From Bdellovibrionales bacterium (GTDB lineage Bacteria > Bdellovibrionota > Bdellovibrionia > Bdellovibrionales > UBA1609), in assembly GCA_965261545.1 (NCBI GenBank), contig CBDHDF010000002.1, positions 480,001-544,000 of the forward strand: a stretch of DNA of 64,000 nt. Reading direction: 5' to 3'. Position 1 is the first letter of the stretch, and every line of letters starts with the position of its first letter. A model generated the notes under the pieces. The model ran no database searches. It was not told where the DNA came from and saw only the letters and a list, made by a program, of their open reading frames with translations. Below are positions 11,071 to 21,592 of this stretch, one piece after another. Both the position numbers and the translations under genes were made by a program.

Positions 11071-14000
11071 TTGACTCCATTACAAACTTTTGCAAGATGC
11101 ACCCTACCTTTACTTACCATGGGTCTCTCTGTTGTCATCATGGCGAGTCTTTTAGGCTGTAGTGATACAAAACAAGCTTCTTCTGTGGCAGCTTCTCCCT
11201 TTATCTCTGTGTGGCGTTTGTCCAGTGAAAATGAGTCCATCACTCTTCCGTTGCGATCAGAGTATAATTATAATTTCACTGTGGACTGGGGTGATGGTGC
11301 CTCTAGTGAAATCACATCCCATGATGACAGCGATATCACTCATACCTATGCCGAGTCTGGAGACCACATCGTCACTATTACGGGGGAGCTTGAGGCTTGG
11401 TATTTCAACAACAGTGGGAGTAAAGACAAACTCATTTCTGTGACCGACTTAGGGAATATGGGGTGGATCAACTTAGAGGGAGCCTTTGAGGGTTGCAGCA
11501 ACCTTCGTCAAGTCGGAGGAGGAGACGTCTCCAATGTCACAAACATGGATCGCATGTTTAAAGGGGCGGCTTCTATAAAGAAAATAGACTTCAGTGGATG
11601 GAATTTTGCTCTTATGGCAAAGATGGATGAGACTTTCAGTGAAGTCACCCTTCCCACAGGGGTTTATAACACACTCCTTCAGCGACTTTATGAAACCTCC
11701 ACCCATGAAAATTTCACATTAGATGTGGGGAGCTCTAAGTACGACAGCCGTTCCGAAAATATCCGACAACTCTTAAAAGAACGAGGGTGGAGTATCAGTG
11801 ATGGAGGGTTCTCTTTCTTTGTCTCTGTTTGGAGAACTTCTCAAGCAAACGAAGCCATCGCTCTCCCCTTGCCCTCAGGATACAAGTATAATTTTACTGT
11901 GGATTGGGGGGATGATTCCTCCAGCGAAATCACGTCCCATGATGACAGCGATATCACTCATATCTACGCCGAAGCTGGAGATTACACTGTCACCATTTCG
12001 GGGACCCTTGAGGCTTGGAATTTCGATAACGAGGCGACAGCACATAGGTTAAAACTCATCTCTGTGAAAGATCTTGGTGATGTGGGGTGGCGGAGTTTAA
12101 AAGGAGCCTTTAGGCAATGCCGGGCCCTTGAGTATCTAAGTGGAGGAAATGTTTCTGGAGTTACAGACATGAGCAATATGTTTGGATATGCAAAATCTAT
12201 TCATCTCGACGTTGGAGGTTGGGATACGTTCAAGGTTACAGACATGAGTTCTATGTTTGATGGGGCAGGTGTTGCCAATCCCGATGCCAGCGGTTGGAAT
12301 GTCTCCAATGTCACAGACATGAGTTATATGTTTTATGAGGCAGATGTTGCTAATCCCGACGTCAGTGGTTGGGATGTCTCCAATGTCACAGATATGAGTT
12401 ATATGTTTAATGAGGTAGGTGTTGCCAATCCCGACGTCAGCGATTGGAATGTCTCCAATGTCACAGACATGAGTTATATGTTTTATGGGGCAAATGTTGC
12501 CGATCCCGACGTCAGCGATTGGAATGTCTCCAATGTCACAGACATGAGTTATATGTTTTATGGGGCAAATGTTGCCGATCCCGACGTCAGCGATTGGAAT
12601 GTCTCCAATGTCACAAGCATGAGTTCTATGTTTAGGCAAGCCTCAATGGCTCAACCCGACGTCAGCGATTGGAATGTCTCCAATGTCACAAGCATGAGTT
12701 CTATGTTTTATGCGGCAGAGGTTGCCGATCCCGACGTTAGCGATTGGAATGTCTCCAATGTCACAAGCATGAGTTCTATGTTTTATGCGGCAGAGGTTGC
12801 CGATCCCGACGTCAGCGATTGGAATGTCTCCAATGTCACAGACATGAGTTCTATGTTTTATGCGGCAGAGGTTGCCAATCCCGACGTCAGCGATTGGAAT
12901 GTCTCCAATGTCACAGACATGAGTTCTATGTTTTATGGGGCAGAGGTTGCCGATCCCGACGTCAGCGATTGGAATGTCTCCAATGTCACAGACATGAGTT
13001 CTATGTTTTATGGGGCAAATGTTGCCGATCCCGACGTCAGCGGTTGGAATGTCTCCAATGTCACAGACATGAGTTCTATGTTTTATGGGGCAAATGTTGC
13101 CGATCCCGACGTCAGCGGTTGGAATGTCTCCAATGTCACAGATATGAATCATATGTTTTCCGATGCAAATATGGCCGATCTCGATGTGAGTCTTTGGGAT
13201 ACATCCAAGGTCACAGACATGAGTTATATGTTTTATTTTGTAAAGGCCAACCCCGATGTCAGCGGTTGGGATGTCTCCAATGTCACAAGCATGAATGCTA
13301 TGTTTGATGGGGCAGATGTTGCCAATCCCGATGTCAGCGGTTGGGATGTCTCCAATGTCACAAGCATGAATGCTATGTTTTATGGGGCAAATGTTGCCAA
13401 TCCCGATGTCAGTGGTTGGGATGTCTCCAATGTCACAGACATGAGTTATATGTTTTATGGGGCAAATGTTGCCAATCCCGATGTCAGTGGTTGGGATGTC
13501 TCCAATATCACAGACATGAGTTATATGTTTTATGGGGCAAATGTTGCCAATCCCGATGTCAGTGGTTGGGATGTCTCCAATGTCACAAACATGGGTTCTA
13601 TGTTTTCTGATACATCTGCCGCCAATCCCGACGTCAGTGGTTGGGATGTCTCCAATGTCACAGACATGAGTTATATGTTTTATGGGGCAAATGTTGCCAA
13701 TCCCGATGTCAGTGGTTGGGATGTCTCCAATGTCACAAACATGGGTTCTATGTTTTCTGATACATCTGCCGTCAATCCCGACGTCAGCGGTTGGGATGTC
13801 TCCAATGTCACAAACATGAGTTATATGTTTTATGGGGCAAATGTTGCCGATCCCGACGTCAGCGATTGGAATGTCTCCAATGTCACAGACATGAGTTCTA
13901 TGTTTTATGGGGCAAATGTTGCCGATCCCGACGTCAGCGATTGGAATGTCTCCAATGTCACAGATATGAATCATATGTTTTCCGATGCAAATATGGACGA

Positions 14001-14541
14001 TCTCGATGTAAGTCGCTGGGATACATCCAAGGTCACAGACATGAGTTATATGTTTTATTTTGTAAAGGCCAACCCCGATGTCAGCGGTTGGGATGTCTCC
14101 AATGTCACAAACATGAGTTCTATGTTTCATTTGGCATATGTTGCCAATCCCGATGTCAGCCGTTGGGATGTTTCCAATGTCACAAATATGAGATTTATGT
14201 TTTATGGGGCAGATGTTGCCAATCCCGACGTCAGCGGTTGGGATGTCTCCAATGTCACAAACATGAGTTCTATGTTTAGGCAAGCTCCAATGGCTCAACC
14301 CGATATGACTCAATGGAATTTTCTTAGTGTTACAGACATGAGTAACATGCTTGAAGGACTCACCCTTCCCACGGGAATATACAGCAGCCTGCTCAACCAA
14401 ATCCACACCACCTCACAACAGAATAATATCTCATTTCATGGTGGAAATTCAAAATACAATAATAGTGCTATTGATGCACGGAGCGCCCTCATAGATCGTA
14501 GTTGGAGTATTAGTGACGGTGGACTCGATGATGGTGGTTAA
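11071..14541 (+). CDS. DUF285/BspA-like LRR surface lipoprotein, paralog 1 (two PKD-like domains plus 29 repeats)
   Basis: GGAGGAGG RBS plus TTG start; lipobox SLLGC; 2x FTVDWGD..THxY..G.Y/H.VTI.G; 25-aa repeat W(D/N)VSNVTxMxxMF. Confidence 0.92.
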   Translation: MTPLQTFARCTLPLLTMGLSVVIMASLLGCSDTKQASSVAASPFISVWRLSSENESITLPLRSEYNYNFTVDWGDGASSEITSHDDSDITHTYAESGDHIVTITGELEAWYFNNSGSKDKLISVTDLGNMGWINLEGAFEGCSNLRQVGGGDVSNVTNMDRMFKGAASIKKIDFSGWNFALMAKMDETFSEVTLPTGVYNTLLQRLYETSTHENFTLDVGSSKYDSRSENIRQLLKERGWSISDGGFSFFVSVWRTSQANEAIALPLPSGYKYNFTVDWGDDSSSEITSHDDSDITHIYAEAGDYTVTISGTLEAWNFDNEATAHRLKLISVKDLGDVGWRSLKGAFRQCRALEYLSGGNVSGVTDMSNMFGYAKSIHLDVGGWDTFKVTDMSSMFDGAGVANPDASGWNVSNVTDMSYMFYEADVANPDVSGWDVSNVTDMSYMFNEVGVANPDVSDWNVSNVTDMSYMFYGANVADPDVSDWNVSNVTDMSYMFYGANVADPDVSDWNVSNVTSMSSMFRQASMAQPDVSDWNVSNVTSMSSMFYAAEVADPDVSDWNVSNVTSMSSMFYAAEVADPDVSDWNVSNVTDMSSMFYAAEVANPDVSDWNVSNVTDMSSMFYGAEVADPDVSDWNVSNVTDMSSMFYGANVADPDVSGWNVSNVTDMSSMFYGANVADPDVSGWNVSNVTDMNHMFSDANMADLDVSLWDTSKVTDMSYMFYFVKANPDVSGWDVSNVTSMNAMFDGADVANPDVSGWDVSNVTSMNAMFYGANVANPDVSGWDVSNVTDMSYMFYGANVANPDVSGWDVSNITDMSYMFYGANVANPDVSGWDVSNVTNMGSMFSDTSAANPDVSGWDVSNVTDMSYMFYGANVANPDVSGWDVSNVTNMGSMFSDTSAVNPDVSGWDVSNVTNMSYMFYGANVADPDVSDWNVSNVTDMSSMFYGANVADPDVSDWNVSNVTDMNHMFSDANMDDLDVSRWDTSKVTDMSYMFYFVKANPDVSGWDVSNVTNMSSMFHLAYVANPDVSRWDVSNVTNMRFMFYGADVANPDVSGWDVSNVTNMSSMFRQAPMAQPDMTQWNFLSVTDMSNMLEGLTLPTGIYSSLLNQIHTTSQQNNISFHGGNSKYNNSAIDARSALIDRSWSISDGGLDDGG
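12148..14320 (+). repeat. Tandem array of 29 x 75-bp coding repeats (two units of 72 bp)
   Basis: Direct reading of DNA and protein; boundaries approximate. Confidence 0.92.
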
Positions 14542-14547
14542 AGTATT

Positions 14548-15079
14548 GGGTATATCCGAGTTTCTCAACAAAAAATGGGCCTAATTTCGACGTCGCAGAA
14601 TCGCATTAAAAACCAAGAAAATGTGTGCCACGAAGTCACGGAGGTGACAGTCGCGTCAAAACCGAAGGAAGGTTTTCTCCGTCGGGATAAGTCTAGAGGA
14701 AGCCTGATGACCGATCTAGACGGCGTGCGGTGTAGGGGGCATGAACCTAGTACAGGCTTCAGGCTTCGTATCGGAACGTGGGAACCTGCTGGTGGATGAT
14801 AAGGGAAACGCTATAAGGGAGACCCCCGAAGTGCTAAATACCGATGCCACCAACCAGGGGCAGTGGGGGAAGTTCCCACTGCCTACTCGACAATTCAATT
14901 TAATAGAGCGCAAGTTGACAGTTATTCCACAATAATATTAGTAGTTTACATAGAATGAACACATGATGTTAGGCGCCAATTAAAATTGGTCACTCTTAGG
15001 AGCCGTCGCCAATTAAAAGCGGCCATTCTGTGACATCGAAGTTGGACCCATTTTTTTGTTGAAAAACTCGGATTTACCC
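14548..15079. mobile_element. Non-autonomous TIR-bounded element filled with fragments of other elements
   Basis: ~35-bp inverted ends GGGTATATCCGAGTTTCTCAACAAAAAATGGGCC and (revcomp) GGGTAAATCCGAGTTTTTCAACAAAAAAATGGGTCC; no TSD seen. Confidence 0.75.
14623..14891 (+). ncRNA. Heavily deleted group II intron remnant (resembles RmInt1/class D)
   Basis: 5' GTGTG start; distal domain I/II-like text (GTCAAAACCG..GGGATAAGTC..GCCTGATGACCG..CGGAACGTGGGAACC..TACCGATGC); domain VI-like 3' end GGCAGTGGGGGAAGTTCCCACTGCCTACTCGAC; no domain V or RT. Confidence 0.72.
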
Positions 15080-15177
15080 AAAAAAGACCTTTTATCCTTG
15101 GAGCCAATTATACCCAAACTTGAAGGAGGAGTTATGACCCGGGACCCCGATGGCCTGGTTTAACCCGCCCATCGGGG

Positions 15178-15439
15178 CGAGCGGCTTTGGCGGTCTGTTA
15201 AGTACGAAGAGGTTTACTTGAAAGGCTATCAAGACAAATCAATGGTTCAAGCCAACAAAGGTTTTAAAACGTATTTTAATTTTTATAATAATAAAAGGCC
15301 ACACCAGTCTCTTCAGGATTGCACCCCTTATCAGGTGCATATGGAGAGGTGGATTTAACACATTAACACGGGGCTTCTTTGTGCGCTGTGGTGTAGCTTA
15401 AAAATCAAGTTTTTCAGTCTGACATTGGGGTCCACCTCA
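15178..15439 (+). mobile_element. 3'-terminal fragment of the IS3 element
   Basis: Near-identical to ~48897-49159 including the right IR; its terminal TCA supplies the stop codon of the minus-strand gene ending at 15437. Confidence 0.92.
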
Positions 15440-17665
15440 TTGTCGGAAAATACTTGAACCACCATCCTCGGGTCCACCGTCACTAATGCTCCAACCACGA
15501 TCACTCAGGGCGCTTCGTGCATCAGTGGCACTGCTATTGTATTTTGAATTTCCACCATGGAATGAAATATTATTCTGTTGTGAGGTGCTGTGGATTTGGT
15601 TGAGCAGGCTGCTGTATATTGCCGTGGGAAGGGTGAGCCCTTCAAGCATGTGACTCATGTTTGTGACACTAAGGAAATTCCATGGGGTCATATCGGGTTG
15701 AGCCATTGGGGCTTGCCTAAACATAGCACTCATGTTTGTGACATTGGAGACATCCCAACCGCTTACGTCGGGATTGGCAACAACTGCCCCATTAAACATA
15801 TTTCCCATGTATGTGACACTGGAGACATCCCAACCGCTTACGTCGGGATTGGCAACAACTGCCCCATTAAACATATTTCCCATGTTTGTGACATTGGAGA
15901 CATCCCAACCACTCACATCGGGATTGGCAACATATGCCCTAGAAAACATACTACTCATGTATGTGACATTGGAGACATCCCAGCCGCTGACATCGGGATT
16001 GGCAACAACTGCCCCATTAAACATAGTACTCATGTATGTGACATTGGAGACATCCCAACCGCTTACGTCGGGATTGGCAGCAGATGCCTCAAGAAACATA
16101 GAACCCATGTATGTGACATTGGAGACATCCCAACCGCTTACGTCGGGATTGACGGCCGTTGTCTGAGCAAACATAGAACCCATGTCTGTCACCTTGGATG
16201 TATCCCAACTGCTTACGTCGGGATTGGTGGCAGACGTATCATAAAACATAGCACTCATGTTTGTGACATTGGAGACATCCCAACCGCTTACGTCGGGATT
16301 GGCAACATATGCCCCAGAAAACATAGAATTCATGTTTGTGACCTTGGATGTATCCCAAAGGCTTACGTCGGGATTGGCAACATACGCATCGGAAAACATA
16401 TTGCTCATATCTGTGACCTTGGATGTATCCCAAAGGCTTACGTCGGGATTGGCGGCAGGTGCACGATAAAACATATTACTCATATCTGTGACCTTGGATG
16501 TATCCCAAAGGCTTACGTCGGGATTGGCAACACCTGCCTCAGAAAACATAGAACTCATGTCTGTGACCCTAGAAACATTTCCTCCCCCCAGATCAAGAGC
16601 CCGGGATTGCCTAAAGGCTCCTTTTAAACTCCGCCACCCCACATCGCCTAGGTCTTTCACAGAGATGAGTTTTAACCGATGGGCTGTCGCCTCTTGATCG
16701 AAATTCCAAGCCTCAAGGGTCCCCGAAATGGTGACAGTGTAGTCTCCAGCTGTTGCATAGGTATGTGTGACATCGCTGTCATCATGGGATGTGATCTCAC
16801 TGGAGGAGGAATCATCCCCCCAATCCACAGTAAAATTATACTTGTATCCTGAGGGCAAGGGGAGAGCGATGGCTTCGTTTGCTTGAGAAGTTCTCCAAAC
16901 AGAGACAAAGAAAGAAAACCCTCCATCGTTGATACTCCACCCTCGTTCTTTTAAGAGTTGTCGGATATTTTCGGAACGACTGTCGTACTTAGAACTCCCC
17001 CCATCCAATGTGAAATTTTCTTGGGTGGAGGTTTCATAAAGCCGCTGAAGGAGTGTGTTATAGGCCACTGTGGGAAGGGTGACTTCACTGAAAGTTTCAT
17101 CCATCTTTGCCAAAAGAGCAAAATTCCATCCACTGAAGTCTATTTTTTTTATAGAAGTCGCCCCTTTGAACATGCGATCCATGTTTGTGACATGGGAGAC
17201 GTCTCCTCCTCCGACTTGACGAAGGTTGCTGCAACCATTAAAGGCTCCCTCTAAGTTGATCCACCCCGTATTCCCTAAGTCGGTCACAGAAGTGAGTTTG
17301 TCTTTGCTCCCACTGTTGTTGAAATACCAAGCCTCAAGCTCCCCCGAAATAGTGACAGTATAATCTCCAGACTCGGCATAGGTATGAGTGATATCGCTGT
17401 CATCATGGGATGTGATCTCACTGGAGGAATCATCCCCCCAATCCACAGTGAAATTATATTGATATCCTGATCGCAGCGGAAGAGTGATGGACTCATTGTC
17501 ACTGGACAAACGCCACACAGAGATAAAGGGAGAAGCTGCCACAGAAGGAGCTTGTTTTGTATCACTACAGCCTAAAAGACTCGCCATGGTCAGGCCAACA
17601 AAGAGACCCATGGTAAGTAAAGGTAGGGGGAGGGGGACTCTTGCAAAAGTTTGTAATGGAGTCAA
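15437..17665 (-). CDS. DUF285/BspA-like LRR surface lipoprotein, paralog 2 (12 repeats)
   Basis: Same caps and lipobox as paralog 1; TTG at 17665 after GGAGGAGG preferred over GTG at 17701. Confidence 0.9.
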   Translation of the reverse strand: MTPLQTFARVPLPLPLLTMGLFVGLTMASLLGCSDTKQAPSVAASPFISVWRLSSDNESITLPLRSGYQYNFTVDWGDDSSSEITSHDDSDITHTYAESGDYTVTISGELEAWYFNNSGSKDKLTSVTDLGNTGWINLEGAFNGCSNLRQVGGGDVSHVTNMDRMFKGATSIKKIDFSGWNFALLAKMDETFSEVTLPTVAYNTLLQRLYETSTQENFTLDGGSSKYDSRSENIRQLLKERGWSINDGGFSFFVSVWRTSQANEAIALPLPSGYKYNFTVDWGDDSSSSEITSHDDSDVTHTYATAGDYTVTISGTLEAWNFDQEATAHRLKLISVKDLGDVGWRSLKGAFRQSRALDLGGGNVSRVTDMSSMFSEAGVANPDVSLWDTSKVTDMSNMFYRAPAANPDVSLWDTSKVTDMSNMFSDAYVANPDVSLWDTSKVTNMNSMFSGAYVANPDVSGWDVSNVTNMSAMFYDTSATNPDVSSWDTSKVTDMGSMFAQTTAVNPDVSGWDVSNVTYMGSMFLEASAANPDVSGWDVSNVTYMSTMFNGAVVANPDVSGWDVSNVTYMSSMFSRAYVANPDVSGWDVSNVTNMGNMFNGAVVANPDVSGWDVSSVTYMGNMFNGAVVANPDVSGWDVSNVTNMSAMFRQAPMAQPDMTPWNFLSVTNMSHMLEGLTLPTAIYSSLLNQIHSTSQQNNISFHGGNSKYNSSATDARSALSDRGWSISDGGPEDGGSSIFRQ

Positions 17666-18049
17666 AGCTGACCTCCTCCGCTCATATTTTTTTCTTCTCA
17701 CCTTTTCTTCTTCTCAACTCGATATAAGAATATATAATATATATTATATGTGCACTCTGGTTAAGGTGAAAACGCTGATTTAGATTTATAGACTTTATAA
17801 ATAAGAGGATCGAAGGAAGTCCTGCTCAAGGTCGTGGTTTTGGGTAGATTATTCTGGATAAAGTACCCGAGTTTGACAGCAGCAGGTGTGTTAAATGGCT
17901 AAAATTGGTCTGAGCTAAAATATATCCATAGTAGAGCGAATTTGCGGAAAAAAGTGTGGTAAACAAAATATGAAAAAAAATCATTCACATTACTGTTATC
18001 ACTTGATCTTATTCATTTTTAGTAGTCACATTTCCTTATGTTCATACGG

Positions 18050-18412
18050 CAATGCCGTTTCCTTAAGCCACCACACCCCTCTGCCTCTGCGTTAAGCTAT
18101 TTCTTTTAAAAGAACTCCCAGCCCTTTTGATAGACCTTTCATAGCTTCTTTTGAAGTGCCTCCTCTTCTCCATTGAAATCTTCATCAGCAACTTTATCTG
18201 CTTCCTAAATTTCTGATAGAGCCCCGCAACAAAAAGAGGGATGCTATCCATTATGAAATCAAGAATCAGTTTAAAGTTAGGTTTTTTGTAGTCATTTTTT
18301 ACCAACTGATTCACACTGTCTTCATCCTCATTTATGCTCATTTGAATCTTTGTATAATTGAAGAGCCAAAAATAAGAATACAGCTCTTGCAATATTCCAT
18401 TAAGGCTTGTTG
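18050..18412 (-). mobile_element. IS4 element 3'-terminal fragment
   Basis: Near-identical to 1019-1381 including the TIR; cut by the full copy starting at 18413. Confidence 0.92.
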
Positions 18413-19835
18413 CAATGCCGTTTCCTTAAGAAAAATCTCTTGAAATCATTAGATAAATCGACAAGAATAAGACTTGTTTTATTTTACACCCAACCCTCAA
18501 CCAAGGAGTAAGTCACATGCAATCCAATATTGATCTCGAAAGCCCCCAAATGACGAGTTCGCGTCACAGATGACCATTTTATTCTACCAAAACTTGATTC
18601 TTCCTTCAAGCCAGAGCACCTTGTCGATCCAGAAAAACAAAAAAGGAATCGAAAATTTAATCCTCAAATTTTCTTTTTTACCATTATCTATCTTATTTCC
18701 GGAACAAATTACGAAGGCTACCAAATCGCTCTTAAGACGGTATGGACTCATTTTGGTGACCTGCTTCTCATGCCAGTCAAAAGCAGTCTCAGCAAGATAC
18801 GTCAAAGTATTTCTTACCTATTTTTCAAAGATATCTTTGAATCTCTGATTACAGACTACGAACCATTGAGAAAAACGTTTCATGGTTTTTATATCTATGC
18901 CATAGATGGCGACCAATTAGCACTTCCTCGCTCTAAAGATCTTTTAAAGGAGGGTTATTGTGGGTACCCTTGCCCAAATGAGATGGAAACTCATTTCTTA
19001 CGTATGTATCTATCTCATGCTTATGACGTTTTATCGGGTGTGACAAAGAATCTTTGCTTTTCTCCCGCTCTCAACGAAATCGCCAATGCTATTCAAATGA
19101 TAGGTAGTTTTGAGAGTAATAGCATAACTCTCTACGATAGGCTTTATTTATCTACAGAGATTATTAAGGCCCATGCTCAAGCCAGTAACTTCTTTATTGC
19201 GCGTTGTAAGCGAGGCTCTACTTTTATCCCCATCGTAAATTTATTTAATGGCCCAGGTTGGTATTCACAAATGGTTATTGAGGGGGTGGTCATTCATCTC
19301 TATAAGTATAAAAACCCAAAGACTGGGGAGTTCTCTGTTTTGGCCACTAATCTTCCGCATGGCTCCTTGGACAAGAAGGATATGGTTGCTCTTTACTCTC
19401 GTCGTTGGGAAATAGAAACGACATTTCGTGATTTTACATCGACAATGAAAATGGAGCAGTGGCACTCAACAAGCCTTAATGGAATATTGCAAGAGCTGTA
19501 TTCTTATTTTTGGCTCTTCAATTATACAAAGATTCAAATGAGCATAAATGAGGATGAAGACAGTGTGAATCAGTTGGTAAAAAATGACTACAAAAAACCT
19601 AACTTTAAACTGATTCTTGATTTCATAATGGATAGCATCCCCCTTTTTGTTGCGGGGCTCTATCAGAAATTTAGGAAGCAGATAAAGTTGCTGATGAAGA
19701 TTTCAATGGAGAAGAGGAGGCACTTCAAAAGAAGCTATGAAAGGTCTATCAAAAGGGCTGGGAGTTCTTTTAAAAGAAATAGCTTAACGCAGAGGCAGAG
19801 GCAGAGGGGTGTGGTGGCTTAAGGAAACGGCATTG
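18413..19835 (+). mobile_element. IS4-family element, copy B (1423 bp; transposase ORF 18770-19822)
   Basis: Same 18-bp TIRs as copy A; extra GCAGAG near the 3' end; flanks share no TSD. Confidence 0.95.
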
Positions 19836-19899
19836 ACCCCAAGGGCCTACGCGTCGCGCTTCGGCCAGCCCCTTTGGCGACCTGGCTTCACCCTGATAT

Positions 19900-21542
19900 C
19901 AGCAATTCCCGTCGAAAAATAGTTTAGGCCACAGTAGTGGCTTCCAAAAGATTCGCCTCAAAAAGAGTTCGTAGACTTTTGCCTAAGTATCTGTTTGAAT
20001 ATTTGTTGTTGCACATCAGACCAAGGAGGGTTCGTCATGTCGCATCAACATTTTAGAAAAGGTCTATCCGCTTCAGGAATGTATTCCCTGTTACACAGTA
20101 AATCTCTTGCAGTTCCAGATATAAGATCGCAGCGTCCCCATAGGATTCCTCTGAGCGATGCCATTATGTCATCTGTGGCAATGTTTGCCTTGAAAGATCC
20201 ATCCATGCTTCAGTTTTGTGATCGTGTCCATGACCCAGTGGCAAAAAACAACCTACACCATTTGTTTCAAATAGGCCAAATTCCTAGTGATACGGCTATG
20301 CGAGAGATTTTAGATCCTGTTCCAACCCGTGAGTTTCAAAATTTTTTTAAATCTTTGTTTACCGTAGCTCAAAGAGGGAAGGTTTTGGAGGGTTACCCAT
20401 ATTTGGGTGGAAAATATCTTCTCAGCATTGATGGAACAGGTGCCTTTAGCTCCTCGACTATTCATTGTGAGAATTGTTGTATAAAGAATCATCGTGATGA
20501 GACGAAGACCTACTATCATCAAATGTTAGCAGGAGTGATTGTTCACCCCGATAAGAAACAGGTTATACCTATTGCTCCAGAGCCCATTTCAAACACAGAT
20601 GGATCGAGCAAAAATGATTGTGAGCGTAATGCAGCCAAACGACTCCTTGAAGATTTTCGCAGGGAACACCCTCACCTTCCAGTGATTGTTATTGAGGATG
20701 GATTGGCTTCCAATGCTCCTCACATCACTCTTCTTAACGAATTAAAATTAAGTTATATTTTAGGCTGTAAGATGGGGGACCACAAAGTTTTATTTGAGTT
20801 TGTAAATGGAGCAGATAGCTTAGGAACAGTTTCTCACTTCACCGTGGTAGAGAATGGAGTGACACATGAATTTCGATTCATAAATGATGTTTCACTCAAT
20901 GATTCAAATCCTGATTGTCGAGTGAATTTTATTGAATACAAAGAAACGAAAGCAAACGGTAAGGTTCAGCACTTTAGCTGGGTGACTGACATTGAGATCA
21001 ACGAAGACAACATAATGCAAATAATGAGGGGGGGAAGAGCACGCTGGAAGATAGAAAATGAAACATTTAATACGTTAAAGAATTTGGGTTACAACTTTGA
21101 GCACAATTTTGGCCACGGCAAGCAAAATTTGTCTAACAATTTAGCCGTGATTATGATGCTGGTATTTTTAGTGGACCAACTTCAACATTTGGCCTGTAAA
21201 TTGTTTCAAAAGGCGGTAGAAAAAGAGAGGAGACTATCTTATCTATGGGATCATATGAGGGGGTATTTCCATACCCTATACTTTAAAAATTGGCAGGAAC
21301 TCCTCGCCATAATGGCTTATGGGATTAAGCCTATTGCTGCCTCAGATGTTTTCGACACATCATGAGCAGCCATTTTTCTCAAAGTGCCCCAAAGAGTTTA
21401 ACGTATTTGCCCTAAACTAAAGTCTGGACATTCGCCTCTAAATGGCGAAGACGGGGAGGTTTACCTTATTCGATGCAGTGCAATTCTCACACTGAGATTT
21501 GGAGGAATTTCAATGTTTTTTCAAGCTCGGCGGGAATTTCTG
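19900..21542 (+). mobile_element. ISNCY-type DDE insertion sequence (ISMae2-like ends), copy A (1643 bp)
   Basis: TIR CAGCAATTCCCG / CGGGAATTTCTG; 9-bp TSD CCCTGATAT. Confidence 0.92.
20037..21365 (+). CDS. DDE transposase (ISNCY / DDE_Tnp_1-like)
   Basis: RBS AGGAGG before ATG at 20037; SIDGTG, EDGL, GRARWKIENETFNTLK motifs. Confidence 0.88.
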   Translation: MSHQHFRKGLSASGMYSLLHSKSLAVPDIRSQRPHRIPLSDAIMSSVAMFALKDPSMLQFCDRVHDPVAKNNLHHLFQIGQIPSDTAMREILDPVPTREFQNFFKSLFTVAQRGKVLEGYPYLGGKYLLSIDGTGAFSSSTIHCENCCIKNHRDETKTYYHQMLAGVIVHPDKKQVIPIAPEPISNTDGSSKNDCERNAAKRLLEDFRREHPHLPVIVIEDGLASNAPHITLLNELKLSYILGCKMGDHKVLFEFVNGADSLGTVSHFTVVENGVTHEFRFINDVSLNDSNPDCRVNFIEYKETKANGKVQHFSWVTDIEINEDNIMQIMRGGRARWKIENETFNTLKNLGYNFEHNFGHGKQNLSNNLAVIMMLVFLVDQLQHLACKLFQKAVEKERRLSYLWDHMRGYFHTLYFKNWQELLAIMAYGIKPIAASDVFDTS

Positions 21543-21592
21543 CCCTGATATTCATAGGGTAGCCTCTCTGTATGTTGTATGTTATGTTAAAA

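Noticed and set aside
12148..14320. Possible CRISPR array
   Set aside because: Repeats are in-frame coding units without unique spacers; no cas genes
12136..14406. Long antisense ORFs over the DUF285 arrays (also 15590-16627 and 45718-46569) and Cys-rich alternative-frame ORFs
   Set aside because: Shadow frames of a stop-free 75-bp repeat; no RBS or independent domain
15080..15144. Possible continuation of the Rpn gene on the far side of the 10743-15079 segment
   Set aside because: Minus-strand translations do not match the expected Rpn sequence upstream of EHKS
18540..18560. TGA read-through or alternative genetic code
   Set aside because: Many clear genes end at TGA with ATGA coupling, and Trp is encoded by TGG
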